Below are positions 13,084 through 25,632 of a stretch of DNA of 64,000 bases, piece by piece. Under the pieces are notes generated by a model. That model was given only the letters and a program-made list of their open reading frames with translations, ran no database searches and had not been told where the DNA came from. The position numbers and the translations under genes were made by a program. Each line of letters opens with the position of its first letter. Position 1 is the first letter of the stretch. This stretch comes from Cercozoa sp. M6MM (taxonomy: Eukaryota; Protista; Endomyxa: Ascetosporea): assembly GCA_040357565.1 (NCBI GenBank), contig JBDODJ010000001.1. One strand, 5' to 3'.

Positions 13084-14186
13084 ATGAAACTGCTGCTTAC
13101 CACTCTGCTTGCTGCGGTCGTCGCTGCTCGTGTGTTTTGCTCGCGATCGTTTGTCTTGTGCATGGAAATGTTTCGTGTGTTGGTTTGCAGAGGGCCGCAC
13201 GGTCGAGGAGGCCAAGGTCCTCGCCGAGGAGCCTCAGGCCGTTGCCGAGGAGCCGGTTGCCATGCCCATGACGATGCCGGCCCTGCACCCGCGCCGCCCG
13301 GGTGGCCATCACTTCAAGCCTGAGTACAAGCCGGACGTGCACATCATGCCGGTGTACGACTACGAGGAGGAGTCGGAGCTGGCCGACTACGAGTACGAGC
13401 AGCCGGAGTTTGACTTCGACGAGGAGGACGAGGAGATCGCCGCCATGGGCCTGCGCAAGAAGCTGAAGAAGCGTATCAAGAAGAAGCTGCGTCCGCGTCG
13501 CCCGCGTGTCCCGCGTCCGCGTCACCCGCGCGTCCCGCGTCCGGGTCTCCATATCCCGGTACACCTGCTGTCTGTCAACGCTTGAGAAACTAAGTGATTT
13601 TGCAGGGTGGCAATCCGCTGCGTCCGATGCCACGTCCGATGCCGCGTCCGATCCGTGTCCGTCCTGGCCGTCGCCCGCGCCCGATGCCGCTGCCGCGTAA
13701 GCCGCGTGACCTGGTAGCCAGTCAACATCTGACCCTCTGTGATATATGTTGGGCTGAGAACGATTTACTGGTGCCTCGCAGGTTCGCGCTAATGGCTACA
13801 ACCCGGTGTTTGAGCGCGTGCAGCGCGACCTCGACGAGCTGCGTGAGCTGCGCGAGCAAGAGTACCAGCTCGAGCAGGAGATTGCCGACCTGGAGGACGG
13901 CGTCGTTGGCGCCCAGCAGACCTCGGTGGGTGTCGGTGTCTCGATCGGCCGCGGCGGTGTCTCCTGGGGCGCCGGTGTCTCGCGTGGCGGTGTCAGCGTT
14001 GGTTACGGCAACAAGAACGGCGTCAGCGTCGGCCGCGGTGGCAAGAACGGCGGCGGCTACGGCCCCGGTAACCGCGACAATGGCGTTGGTGACCGCGACA
14101 AGCGCGACCGTCGCGACCGCGACCGCTCGGACCGCAGTGGCCGCGACCGCCGTGGCCGTGGTGAGCGTCGCAACCGCCATCGCTAA
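13084..14186 (+). CDS. Secreted low-complexity precursor (acidic spacers with Lys/Arg-Pro-rich and Gly-rich blocks), 4 exons
   Basis: Signal peptide MKLLLTTLLAAVVAA. Three GT-AG introns (~13130-13190, 13559-13605, ~13714-13781) give one open frame. Strong GC3 codon bias. Confidence 0.8.
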
Positions 14187-14441
14187 AGTGCCGCTCGCTC
14201 GGCTCGGATCCGATCATTCGATCAGGACGACCAAAATCGAGGAGCGAAGCTTCAAGCCCACTGTTTAACTAGCTAACGGACAACCATCGTCTAATTTGTT
14301 AGTTTAATTTGCCTTGTTAACCAACCAAACTGATGCACAATGCAACTCGACTTGCCGAGTCCGCCGCTTAGTTGTTTACATAGAAACATCAACGCAATCA
14401 ATCAAGTAGTGAAGGTAGTCTGGGCACACGGTGATTGATAC

Positions 14442-17400
14442 TCACTGCATAAGTGCAGAAAGATCGGCCTTAACAATCTTTTGAATTTGCTCTTTGCTCA
14501 GCTGGCCGAACGCGCCTACAGAAATGGGACATGTCAGCAGCAAGATGGTGGCAAGTGCAGCCGTACCCTCAATGAGACGACGCTTCTTCTCTTGCAGCAG
14601 GAGGATCTTCTCTTCGACCTGCGCACGAACGAAAAAGATGGTCTCGTGATGAAACAACAAAACGAAAAGGAGACAAAGTGAAGCGTGGGTCGTACCGTCT
14701 CAGCAACTACGAAACGGGTCACTGTAACTGGAAGCTTCTGGCCCAGTCGATGCACTCGATCGACGGCCTGGTCTTCCGTTGCAGGCTATTGTTCACACAC
14801 CCACACACACATACACACACATGTTAGCATTAACTAACCACAGCAATTGCTGAAAGGCTGCAAGAGACAAGGTACGTTCCACCACGGATCGAGGATGAAC
14901 ACGCGGTTCGCAGCGACGAGGTTGAGACCGAGGTTACCTGCCTGTGCATCAAGAAACATAAAGTACACGGTGGCGATGTTACTGCAGGCTGTCCGTACCT
15001 TGAGCGACAGCAGGAACACTTTGACCGACGGGTCCTGCGCGAACGTGCGCAGCGCGCGATCACGCACGGGCTTCTTCATGGAACCGTCGAGTCGCACGGA
15101 CCGAATACCCGCAGTCTACTCATACAGGCGTGTGAGTGTCTACGAGATAGCGCTGGGGAGAAAAGGAAGCAGTGTACCGAGAGACAGGTCTCCACCAGAT
15201 CGAGCATCTTGGTCCACTGCGAGAAGACAACGCACTTGCCGCCCGTGACGCTGCTACCGCCCGTGCTGCGGAAGCGCTGCCCCTTGCGGATCTCAGAAAT
15301 CACTGCGAGGTACACGGCAGCAACACTTGCTTAAATACCTCCCTTCAACACCACACAAAAATAGTTACAGGCACGGATCTTGGCGGACTGAGCGACACGA
15401 CCACGTGCCAAAGCACGACCGTACTACGTGAAGACAGTAACATAACTCCACCCCTGTGTATTAGGAGGGAAGGGGAAGGTGTATTGAAGTGAAAGCTAGT
15501 GTACAGACGAGTCGGCAAAGAAACGCGTGCTGCCACTCGCCAACTAAAAAGCAGGGTAACATAAAATTGAGTCACAAAAGATATTAAAGAGGACAATATA
15601 CGAGGTGGTTCAGGTGTTCCGTCGACATCTCATGGCCGCCCAGCAGTCGGTCCTTGTCGCTGTCACATCAGACAAGGTTTTCAGGCACACAAAACAATAG
15701 ACACACAAAGAAGCTACCCCGACTGCGACTGCACGGCGTCTTCATCGTCCTTCGAGAAGAAAGATGCCACGTCCACCTCGCTGCGCACAACCAAGTACCA
15801 ATGAAGCTATATGCAGGATATAAAAAACAACAAGAAAGTACCGCGTAATGTTGCCCATACAAGCAGGACAGTTGCGATTACTATTCGCAACACGTTACAA
15901 AGCACATTCACAAACACAAAAGCAAGTACTTTTTCTTCTGCTCGTCGAGACACTTTTTGCAGAACACGTGGCCACACGGTACCACCACCTAAGAGAGACA
16001 GTACGGGAGGATTGAACAAAGGATTGAAAGACGGTGTACCTGTGGCTGCACGGGGTCATCGAAGCACTCCAGGCACTCGCCATGGCGTTCCAACTGGTCG
16101 CTCACCTGTGTGGCACAATTACATCGCACCGCAGCTAAAAAAGGTAGAAAGTGGTATACCCAGGCACGCGTGATGTTGTTGACATTGTTCTTTGTGTCAG
16201 TTTGCGGTTTGCCGCTGCAGAATCGAACACAAGACTAGGATGTTATGATACACAATAAACAAGAAATCAACGATACGTGATGCCTTGCTTCCGTAGTTCC
16301 GCCGATGCGCTATGAATGATCACAATGAGACAGTCATATGTGAAGACGAACCCAACCACAAAAGCGCACCTCAACATGGCGTCTCGATCGGCTGCCGGAA
16401 CCTATTGCACCAAAAGGTTGCACAGAAGACTCGAATCACAAGGAAATATAAGCTCGCACCAGCAGCAGGTGGCCGCAGCACTGACGCAGACGCAGCAGCA
16501 TACCAAGAACACGAGAGTTGCTGCTGTTGCTGCCTTGCTCACTGTACAGACAGAATACTCACCAGCACAATATGTCCACAACAATGTGTGAAGGTACCGT
16601 GCAGCACGAAACTGCTTGCGGTAGTAGGCGAACATCTTGTCGTACATCTTGCGCTCCGTCTAATTGCAGCTTTGTCAAGCACCCCACAGAAAACTCCCAA
16701 AACTAAACTCTAAAGTTACGGCATCGAACTGCACACGAATCACGCGAATCGTCTTCTGCGGCAATCGCACGATCGGCCGTCCGTTGACCTGCGTGAGTGG
16801 GTGTTTAATATAAATTGCAAAGACAAGAAAGAGTACGAACGAAGCCTACCTGCATATCCTTGCTTCGTCGAAGACACATACCATCGAGAATCTTGCGTAG
16901 ATTGTCCATTCCTTCTGTTTTCTTTTGTTGCAGCGGTTCCACGACCTGCAACGCATGCAATTTAAACAGACGTGCGTAAAGTTCTTCGAATCTCAGGTAC
17001 CAAGGCACGCCATGTGTTGAGCAGGCCGAACGGTTGCACTCGCAGGAAGCGCAACAAAGCGAACAAATCGTTCAGCTGCAACAACCGTCGTAACTCATAA
17101 AACAAACAAAAAACCCAAAGTCCTGAACTACCTTGTTTTGCACGGGAGTGCCCGTGAGCGCCCAGCGATATCTCGCCTGAAAGTTAAAAACAATAAAACG
17201 TTCACCAACAAGTTAATTGAAAAAGACTGAAGATACTCGCAGGTTGCAGCACGCTCGGAACGTTCGAGTTTCACGATTCCTGATTTCGTGACCCTCCTGC
17301 AACAAGAATCATGCGCGCATAACTTTTTTCCGGCAAAAAGAAGAAAATACGTCCAAAACGACACGGAGCCAGTTGATTGCGTGCAGACCAGTCTGTTCAA

Positions 17401-20400
17401 GCATTCGCGCGGATGCAAAACAAAACTGAACAAATAAATGTCGCCTACATCAGCAGGCCGCGTCTCAACTTCAACGTTTTCGTTGACGTCCACTACAAGG
17501 CATTCACAAACTAAACTTGCAAAAACAGGAGAACAACAGAGTTGAGGAAACAAACCTTTTCGCTTTGGTTTCTTCTTTTCGACTGTGCCGCTGTTGCTGC
17601 CGTTGGAGGATTTCTTGGTGCGTGCACGCTTCGTTCCCTCGACGAACTACGATTGATTGAACTTCAAAAGGAACAGCAAACTTCTAGAAGGGCGCCGTGT
17701 ACCTCAGCAAACTCGCTTTGCACCACAGTGTACTGCAACATAAACACAGGCAGAATAGCTAGAGCATGACAGAGTAGAGTCTGAGATGTGTGGTACAGTC
17801 GTGATGACAACGTGATGCTGCCGCAGAAAGTCAGGCGACTTGTTTCGCTTGTTGTGATGGTACACGTACACCTTGAGTGTGTCAGGCTGTGTGTGTTTGC
17901 GAATCTGTTCCTCCCAGTTGCTCATCCTAGACATAGAACTTTTCTAAGTGTACAAATAAAATAAGAGAAAGCTCGTACACGGTGAGCGGCGCCACGATCA
18001 GAGTCGGACCCGGTAGTTTCACGAAACTGCAAAAATACACAGTTCAACTCAAAACACAATGAAAGCGAAATCCAAACTTACGTGCTGCTTCCAGACTTGC
18101 CGGCCGAAGCGATTCGCTTTTTCTCTTTCCGTTGTCGCCGTTCGATCTAAAATTTCACATGAGATAAAATTAATTCTCCAAAAGTAAATTCACGCTAAAC
18201 AAGTTTGTTTGCACAGTTTGTTTGCAATTTATTTTACCTCAGCAGCCGACATGTTGGCGTGCAGCAGCGTGTTGGTACAAATGAGCGAGATGGTTTGCAC
18301 CGTCTTGCCAAGACCCATGTCGTCCTGCGTTGAATATTTGAATGAAAAAAAAAATCAACTTGACAGAAGCAAAACAAAAACGGTTTGTACAGCCAAGATG
18401 CCGCCGCGATGATCTGGCGGTTCCACACCGACCTGAGCATTTTCCAGTGCATTTTAATTTCTGAAATATACGAGACAAATGAGCGAAATTACCGGCAGCG
18501 TTTGCTTGGTGCGCGTGTTGTGGTACTGCATGCTGACACCGTCAGCCGCACGGCGCTGCACCCAGAAGAACGAGAGTGCCGAAGGCTGTCGCTCCTTCTC
18601 CGTGAGCCAGGAGAGACCGACCTTCTGGTATGGCAGTAGTTTGGCTCGAACCTACACATGCACAGTGCAAGCGAAGTTCTGGAAAGGGTTAGATCACAAA
18701 AGAGAAAGAGCTACACTCTTGTGCGGCTGCATAGGTCGCATGCGTCGGTGATCGAGCACCTGCGAGAAGACCTGCAGGAAGTTCGAAACGATGTGATCGA
18801 TCGAAATCGAATCCTTGTCGCCTTTGCCTAACAGCAGGAACAGAAGAGAGTGATGGTTTTATGTTTATACCTTATAAACATTAAACGCTGATGGTACCAG
18901 TCTTCTGTGCCTGCAGTCGCTGCTTCTCCATCGCTGCTTCGGCACGCAGAGTAACAACGCGGCCCACCTAAAGTAACATTAATTCTTGCCCCTCCCTTAT
19001 GTACTGAAGGAAAGGGTACATTAGGCGCCCATCGCATGCGACGCAGTGCATTGTAGACTTGCTTCTCCTGAGACAGGATGGTTAAAGCGAAGCACACATG
19101 AGCGCTAAGAAAAAGGGGATACGTTGACTGCCAGGCACTGCACACTGACCGAGCAGTTGGCCACTCTGTGTTGACACATCAATATATAAAGCAAGGATGT
19201 GGGGGGGGGGGTAAACTACAATCGCCTCGGGTCGGACTTGAGTTCCTCGACATCCAAAACGTTGACACTGGCCGAGGCCTGCACCAGTCCGCTCTCCATC
19301 AGCGGTGCCAAAAAGCTCGCCACCTATCCATCAACATCGCGCAGGTGTGTACATTTGGACAGTACATATGTACATGGACAAGTACCTGCATGTCCAGTGC
19401 TGCCAACTTGTCTTTCGACCCCAGTCCAAGTGTGTTTGCTGGGTCTATAGGCAGGGAAGGTAATACGAAGGTAATAGAGGGGGATAAAAGTACCGTCCAG
19501 TCGTGCAGCAGTGTCGTGTGTCACCAGCACGAGCGAGCGCGAATCCTTCGACGCAGTGTCACGCCGTACCTGCAGACACACAGAACAATTGTGTCCAGGT
19601 ACTGTACTAGTAGAAATAGTGGTAGGGCAGGTGACAGGTGTACCGGGAAGAAAGCATCGTCCAGAGGCAGCGCATCGTGCGCCTGCCGCAGTCGGTCCAG
19701 TCGCTTGCGTCGCAGGTACACGAAGCACTTCTCAATGAGACCAAGCTGCGGCCACTGGCCCTGCCGCACGTTGTTATCCTCGTCTGGCGGGGAGGGGTTA
19801 AGGGAGTAAGAGTCATGGGAGTCAGGGTACGGGTAATGGAGGGGTAAGGGAGGGGTAAGGGAAGGCTTAAAGGGGGGCAAGCAAAAAAAAAACATACCAT
19901 CAGCGTCCACCGAGGGCGAGGAGCCTCTGGAGTTGCCGCTCGAGTACACCTGCGGCTGGTCCGCGGCAGATGCGCCAAGACTCGCCGAGCGAGCCAAGGC
20001 CGTACTCGCGTACTGTGTCTACGAACGGGTGGGGGGGGGGCGGGTAAGAGGGGTAAAGAAGGAGGTAAGGGGTAAAAGGAGGAAGAGGCAAGATAAGTGA
20101 GGTACAGGAGACGACGATCGCAGTCGCTGCTGCTCTTGCTGGTGCAGTACCTGCGTCACTTGGTGCGCGTGCTGCAGTCGGTTCATCTGCAGGTGCTGCT
20201 GCCACTGCTGCTGCTGCATCTGCTGCTGCTGCATCTGCTGCTGCATCTGCATCTGCATCTGTAGTACACACACACAGAGTGATTGCGAGTGTCCCTTGCT
20301 GTGTCACAACAAAGCAGTACCGCATTCGGCATGGCCATGTGATGCGGCATCATCTGACGTTTCACCATGTGCGCTACCAACCCGACATTCAAAGGCAAAC

Positions 20401-20635
20401 AACCACACCAGTGGACAAACCTACCCGACTCAGCTGTGCGCGCTCGTTTATCGCCGGTCTGAGGCATCATCATACCTCGCTGTGCCTGCTGCGGGTACTG
20501 CTGTACCGGCACCTGCTGGTGATACTGCAGCTGTGTCGGGTACTGTGCCTGCTGCTGTGGCTGCTGCAGGAACTGCTGCGGCCGAAACGGCTGCTGTGGC
20601 GGCATGCCACCCTGCGGCATGTAATGCGGCTGCAT
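14442..20635 (-). CDS. RAD5/HLTF-family SNF2 helicase (Gln-rich N-terminus, HIRAN-like region, SNF2-N, RING, helicase-C)
   Basis: [34 protein letters not shown]...PCGHVFCRKC...[52 protein letters not shown] and [11 protein letters not shown]. Confidence 0.9.
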
Positions 20636-21060
20636 CCCGCGTCACTCCCGAGGATACTAACAACGACACTCGCGCTTCTTTCGACGTCGCTTTCCGATCC
20701 AAAACAAGCGCCGAAATAATAGAGATTGTCCCCGTCTCTTCACGGCCTCGAACCGATTTCTATGAGTTCAACCGTACGCTCTCAAAACTCTAAACCCACT
20801 CTCGTGGACCACCAGTACGGGAAACACAGCAGAACGTCGAAACGAACTTGTTCCCGGCGCTCCGTTTTGGAACAGAATAAAGTTCGTCTGTCGGACGTGT
20901 TGGACGACGTTAAACTGCGCTGGCATGTGCCCGAGCTAATTGAATTTTATTTTTGAGAATTAAATTGGATAGTAAGAAACGTGGAGAAGTGAACGGAAAC
21001 GCAAGCGAAATATTTCTTCGCGCATTTGTTTGCGATTGCTTCCGTTCAACGCAGGTTTTA

Positions 21061-23051
21061 TTATTTGCGTTGCTGCTTCTTGCGTCGTCGCTCGATGCGC
21101 TTTCTGGCCAGCGCGTGGTTCTTTGCCGCTGCACCCGAAAGAAACATCCTGAAGGTCAGCGAAACAGGGAGGAAATGCAATGTGTACAGCTCTGCCACGG
21201 CTGCTGGCCGTCAGCGAGACCGACCTGCTGCTGGAACTGCGCATTGCGATCGACGTAGCCCGGTCGCAGATGCTTCGGCATGCCAAGCTGCGACTTGCGC
21301 AGTTTCACCGGCGCTTGCTGCTCCTCTATCGCACAGACACGAAGAACACATACGCACATACACTGAAGAAGAGCGAGCGAACAACATACTCGGCTTGCGC
21401 TGCTCGGCGAGCTGCTTGTTGCGCTGGATCTTGCGCACGCGTTCGCGCAGCAAGTGCACCTTACGCGCATCCACTAGAGCGAACTCGACCTGCAGACGTC
21501 TGCCCTCCGGAATCACGCCCTACCAGCACAACAGCGATTATTTTAAAACCCTACCAACACAGCCAGCTCTACCTCAGGATCGGCGTTCGGGTTGCAACTC
21601 AACTCGCGCAGCACAGCGAGCGAATCCGCGTGCTCGCGAAACTCGACAAAACCGTAGCACAGAGATCTCTACAGCGACACAAACACGCAAGTGAACACAA
21701 AGTACGCAAAGTAGACACAACACAAGAACACAGAAAAACGCACCTGTCGACTCGGGTCGCGAGCGACACTGACCGACTTGATCTTGGCCGCACCGTGCTG
21801 ATAGGCAGGCACGTCAGCGAACAGCACCGTGGCCGGTCGACTCTCGTCACGCGCCTTTTTTTGCGCGGCACTCCACTCTCTGTCCGGATTATCCTCCCTG
21901 CCAAACCAAGAGGTAAGTTGGGGGAATGAAGGCCACAAAGACAAGTGTACTGCTGCTTGACAGCACGACGGAGCACGCGCAGACGAAGCGCAGTGCGCAC
22001 GGCGAGCTGCTTGAGCGCATTCTCGTCCACCGTGGGCGGCAGGTTGTGCACCGAGAGCCGCGTTTGCGACAGGTGGTAGTTCGCGTTCTTAAGTTTCTCC
22101 TTCTTCTCCTTCCACTGCTGCGCACGTCGGCGCGCCTGCTTCTCAGTCAGTCCGTTCTCGGACGTGGCTTCAGTCTCGACGCCCTCGCGAGCCAGCGCGA
22201 GATTGCGCTTGTCGCGTTCTTCGTCACGCTCAGCGAACTTTCCGACCTCCTCTCGCACCACAGCAGCGAGAACCACGAGCTGCACGCCAGCGGACTCGTT
22301 ACACGGTTTTTCAGTGAAAACAAATTAAAGCAAAAGCTACCGGTCGGCCGTGCAGCTCAACGCTGGTTCCGCTCGTCAGGGAAAGAATGTCGTCTTTAGT
22401 CCTTCTCACGAGACAACATGAATGCGCACACTTCGGAGAGGCAAGAAACAAAGCACAACTCACTTGACATCCGAAGCAGACGCTGCAGCAACAGCTGCAT
22501 CTCGAGCCGAGCTCGACTTGAAACGCACGAAAGCTGTGCCCTTGTTCAAGCCTGTGCTCTTGTGCTTCACAAGCTTGGCGTATTCCACAGGACCGAACAC
22601 CTCGAAGCAACGCGCCACCTCCTGCAAAACCACCCATTTTTAATCTCGAGAAACGTGAAAAATACAAAAAAAAAGAAAATCGACGCACCTGTTCGCTCGC
22701 GTCAACAGGGACATTGCGCACAAAGGCAGTGCGAGCATTTTGCGATTCGGCACTCTCGGGTTCGCGCTTCTGTCGCCTCTTCTGTCAAAAAACACAAACC
22801 GGTCAGTCAGTCCACGTCAGGTCAGAACAGCCCAGTCAAGCGGGGCAGACAAGAGCCATCCGTAACGAACCTTGTTCTTGTTGCCCTGGAGCTTGCCGTT
22901 GTTGGAGTTCTTCCTGCGCTTGGCAGCCGGCTCGTCGGCTGGGCCTTTGCGACCGCGCTTGCCGTCGTGAACTGAGCACGCCAATCAGAAATGTAATTTC
23001 GAGCACGAGCACTCTTCGGCACTCTGCGCACACGAAATAAAATCTACCCAT
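21061..23051 (-). CDS. RBM28: RBM28/Nop4-like nucleolar RRM protein (two RRMs seen)
   Basis: TAFVRNVP...FGPVEYAKLV...TGLNKGTAFVRF, DKRNLALAREG, KLKNANYHLSQTRLSVHNLP and RRLQVEFAL match Nop4/RBM28 RRM3-RRM4. Confidence 0.85.
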
Positions 23052-23254
23052 AGTTAGCTTGATCCCGCACAGTGCTAGAGCGCCTCGCGAGTCCGATTGG
23101 TGGGATGTTTCATTTTGTGGCAAGCGGAGTGCTGGATCATAATTTCCTCGATCTCGGCGTCATCTAAGCAGTGTGGCCGTGTGTTGGAGTAACAGAGAAT
23201 TGATATTCGGGGACTGCGGCGCGTGTGTGTCTTGGTCAGTAGCATAGTTGAAGG

Positions 23255-24101
23255 ATGGCGGCGAACGTGCCGAACCGGAGTCAGACGTATCTTCTCGAGC
23301 CCGATGAGGACGAAGAAGTCACAGAGATCAAAAAGTATGGTCATGTGCTTTGTGCCGATATCTGTTGCCGTTGTACAAAGATGTACATTTTATGATGTGC
23401 ACACCAGGGTGACATGGGTGCGAGACAAAAAGGTGCCCGATGCAGCCGTCTTCCGGATCAACAAGGAGGACCACACTCTAGGCGTACCTTTTGTTTTAAG
23501 GAATTAGGGGTAGAGAGAGTAAGTGTGCGTGTACAGAACGTGGTCCGGTGTAAAGTCCTCGAAGATGACCGTGTTCTCTTCGTGGGCTACAAGGTACCAC
23601 ACCCGCTCAAGTCCGAGGTCGTCATCAAGGTGCGCACGCAGAAACGCGCTGCCAAACCGCGTGAAGGTTGCCGCCTTTTACCTCCTTACTATTTGTTTAG
23701 CCTCGTTTACTCCCTTGTTTATTATCCCCTTTTGTTGCTTTTCTAAAATAACGTGTCGATTGTGCAGTGGTATTGGACGCCTGCAGTGACTTGGTGCGAC
23801 TTTGTTTGTTCCTTCCTGTCGCACCCGTTTGCTGTTACTTTTTGCTGCTTGCTAGCTGGCGGAACTGGACTCACTGGAGAACGAATTCCGCGTCGCTGCC
23901 TCTCAGATTCAGCCAGGCATTCAGGTAGCCTTTTCTTGTGCCTCTCCTGTCTGTCTGTATGTCTCGGACTGGTTCGAATGATAGGAGGACTCTTTCAATG
24001 GCGTGTTCCTGCAACATGTCGAGCAACACGCCACGCCCGACGCCGAAGACGCCATCGACGGCGAGTTTGGCGCCGCTGATGCCTTCATGCGCGACTACTA
24101 A
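23255..24101 (+). CDS. RPB11: RNA polymerase II subunit RPB11
   Basis: DKKVPDAAVFRINKEDHTLGN...VLFVGYKVPHPL signature. Confidence 0.93.
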
Positions 24102-24344
24102 CCGTGGCTCGTCCCAGTGGTGTTGCGTTGCGGTAATTCGTTGGAAATAACTCAGTAATTTGCATAAAACTTCCGAGTGATTACCCGGCGCGGTTTTGCC
24201 GGCGTGTCGCCGCGGCCATGAGTGTGATTAAATCAACTGTTAACATCGTACAGGCGGTAGAAGTAAAGTACAATTGTAGCCCGTCGGCATTCGACTGTAC
24301 GTAAACTTACTGTATCATGGCCAATCCTGGCCCCTGGGGTGGGA

Positions 24345-24561
24345 CCAAACGGTTTTATAGAGGGCCTCTGCCAGCGTTTCGTTCCTGAGCGGGAGTCCTG
24401 GAAAAATACCAGTAAACTGTATTGATTCCTAGCCGGAGTCCAGGGCGGTGTTAACGCTTACAGCTTATCTCCCAAGTAAGCGGAGAGATAAAACCGTTTG
24501 GCCTCCATGAGTCAAGCTTTATCTCCCAAGGAAGTGGAGAGATTAGCTAGTAGCTTGGGAG
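24345..24561. repeat. Intergenic element with a 14-bp inverted repeat and a duplicated ~29-bp hairpin unit
   Basis: CCAAACGGTTTTAT (24345-24358) pairs with ATAAAACCGTTTGG (24488-24501). AGCTT(T)ATCTCCCAAG.AAG.GGAGAGAT occurs at ~24462 and ~24515. Confidence 0.6.
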
Positions 24562-24588
24562 CATACAAGTCGCTGTTGGTAAACAATT

Positions 24589-25632
24589 ATGATCTCCTTC
24601 CTGTACCTCAATTTCAACATTCCCTTGACGGTCAGCTTTTCGTGTAGTTTGCAGGGGCAGTGAAGTGTTTTCGGGTTTGGGATAGTCAACAAAGCTCAAA
24701 TAAAGATGATATCGAGTGCAGTTGTGAGTTTTTCTGCGTTCTGGCATTGATTCTCGATCGGCGGACGCGAGGTCAATTCTTGGTCGCTCTGTCGCCTGAC
24801 GCAGTGCTACTACCCGACACTAAACTGAAATGCGTCGATACATCCGAGTCAAGACCACCCAACGAAAAGCTGGAAGCACCACTACTGAGGGTATTCATGG
24901 ATGCCAAAGTGCGATGGTCCGATGCCAGTCAGTGCTTCGACGTCGTGAGTGTAAACGATGACGGCAGTGAGATTGAAAAAGATCCTCACAAGAGCGAAAA
25001 CAGTCGATTTCTTCGAAGCACGTTGCGCGTGTTACAGGTCGGCAGTGGTGACGACATGTGGCGTCGCTTGATTCAGTTTACGAATCCAGCTGATGCCATG
25101 CGAGCTGATATTGGCATCCGGAGGGCTTTGCCGAAACTGTACTCTGACGCAACCGCCAAAAACAAGAGGATCGAAACCCAAGACAAACCGCCTTCCTACA
25201 GCAAGTCTCTTGGACACATTAAACATAAGGCCACCAAGTTGCTGAACAGAATTACGCGCGTTCGATCGAACGAGCGAGTTATAATTTCGGGTCCTCTCGA
25301 AGTCAAGCACGCAAAGCATGTTGGGTACGTTAACGTTGTTGTTGTTTCATAAATTGTATATCTATACAGCACCTGGGTCGACATGTTAACGCGTACTGTA
25401 CGTATTCAGGGTGGACTCAAAGGGACAGTTATGTGCCCGAGGTGTGTCTAGTGAGTGGGAATCGTTACTCGGTGCCAGCCGAAGCACGGTCTGAACACTG
25501 GATACATTTTCTTTAAACCTAAATATACAATTTACATTTATAAGTCGATGTCTGATACAGGAAAACGAACTGTTACCTCCGCCACTGCCATCTCATTTGT
25601 GCGATAAGCCTGCAAAGCCGCCAAAGACATGA
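24589..25632 (+). CDS. CRIB (Cdc42/Rac-binding) protein with possible WH1/PH-like N-terminal domain and short Pro-rich tail
   Basis: IISGPLEVKHAKHVG followed by VSSEWESLL (CRIB/PBD consensus), a long ORF at 24660-25352, and C-terminal LLPPPLP. Start codon tentative. Confidence 0.7.

Noticed and set aside
24300-24560. U1/U6 snRNA
   Set aside because: Only short partial matches (AACTTAC, GAGATTAGC); no ACAGAGA box or Sm site in the correct context.
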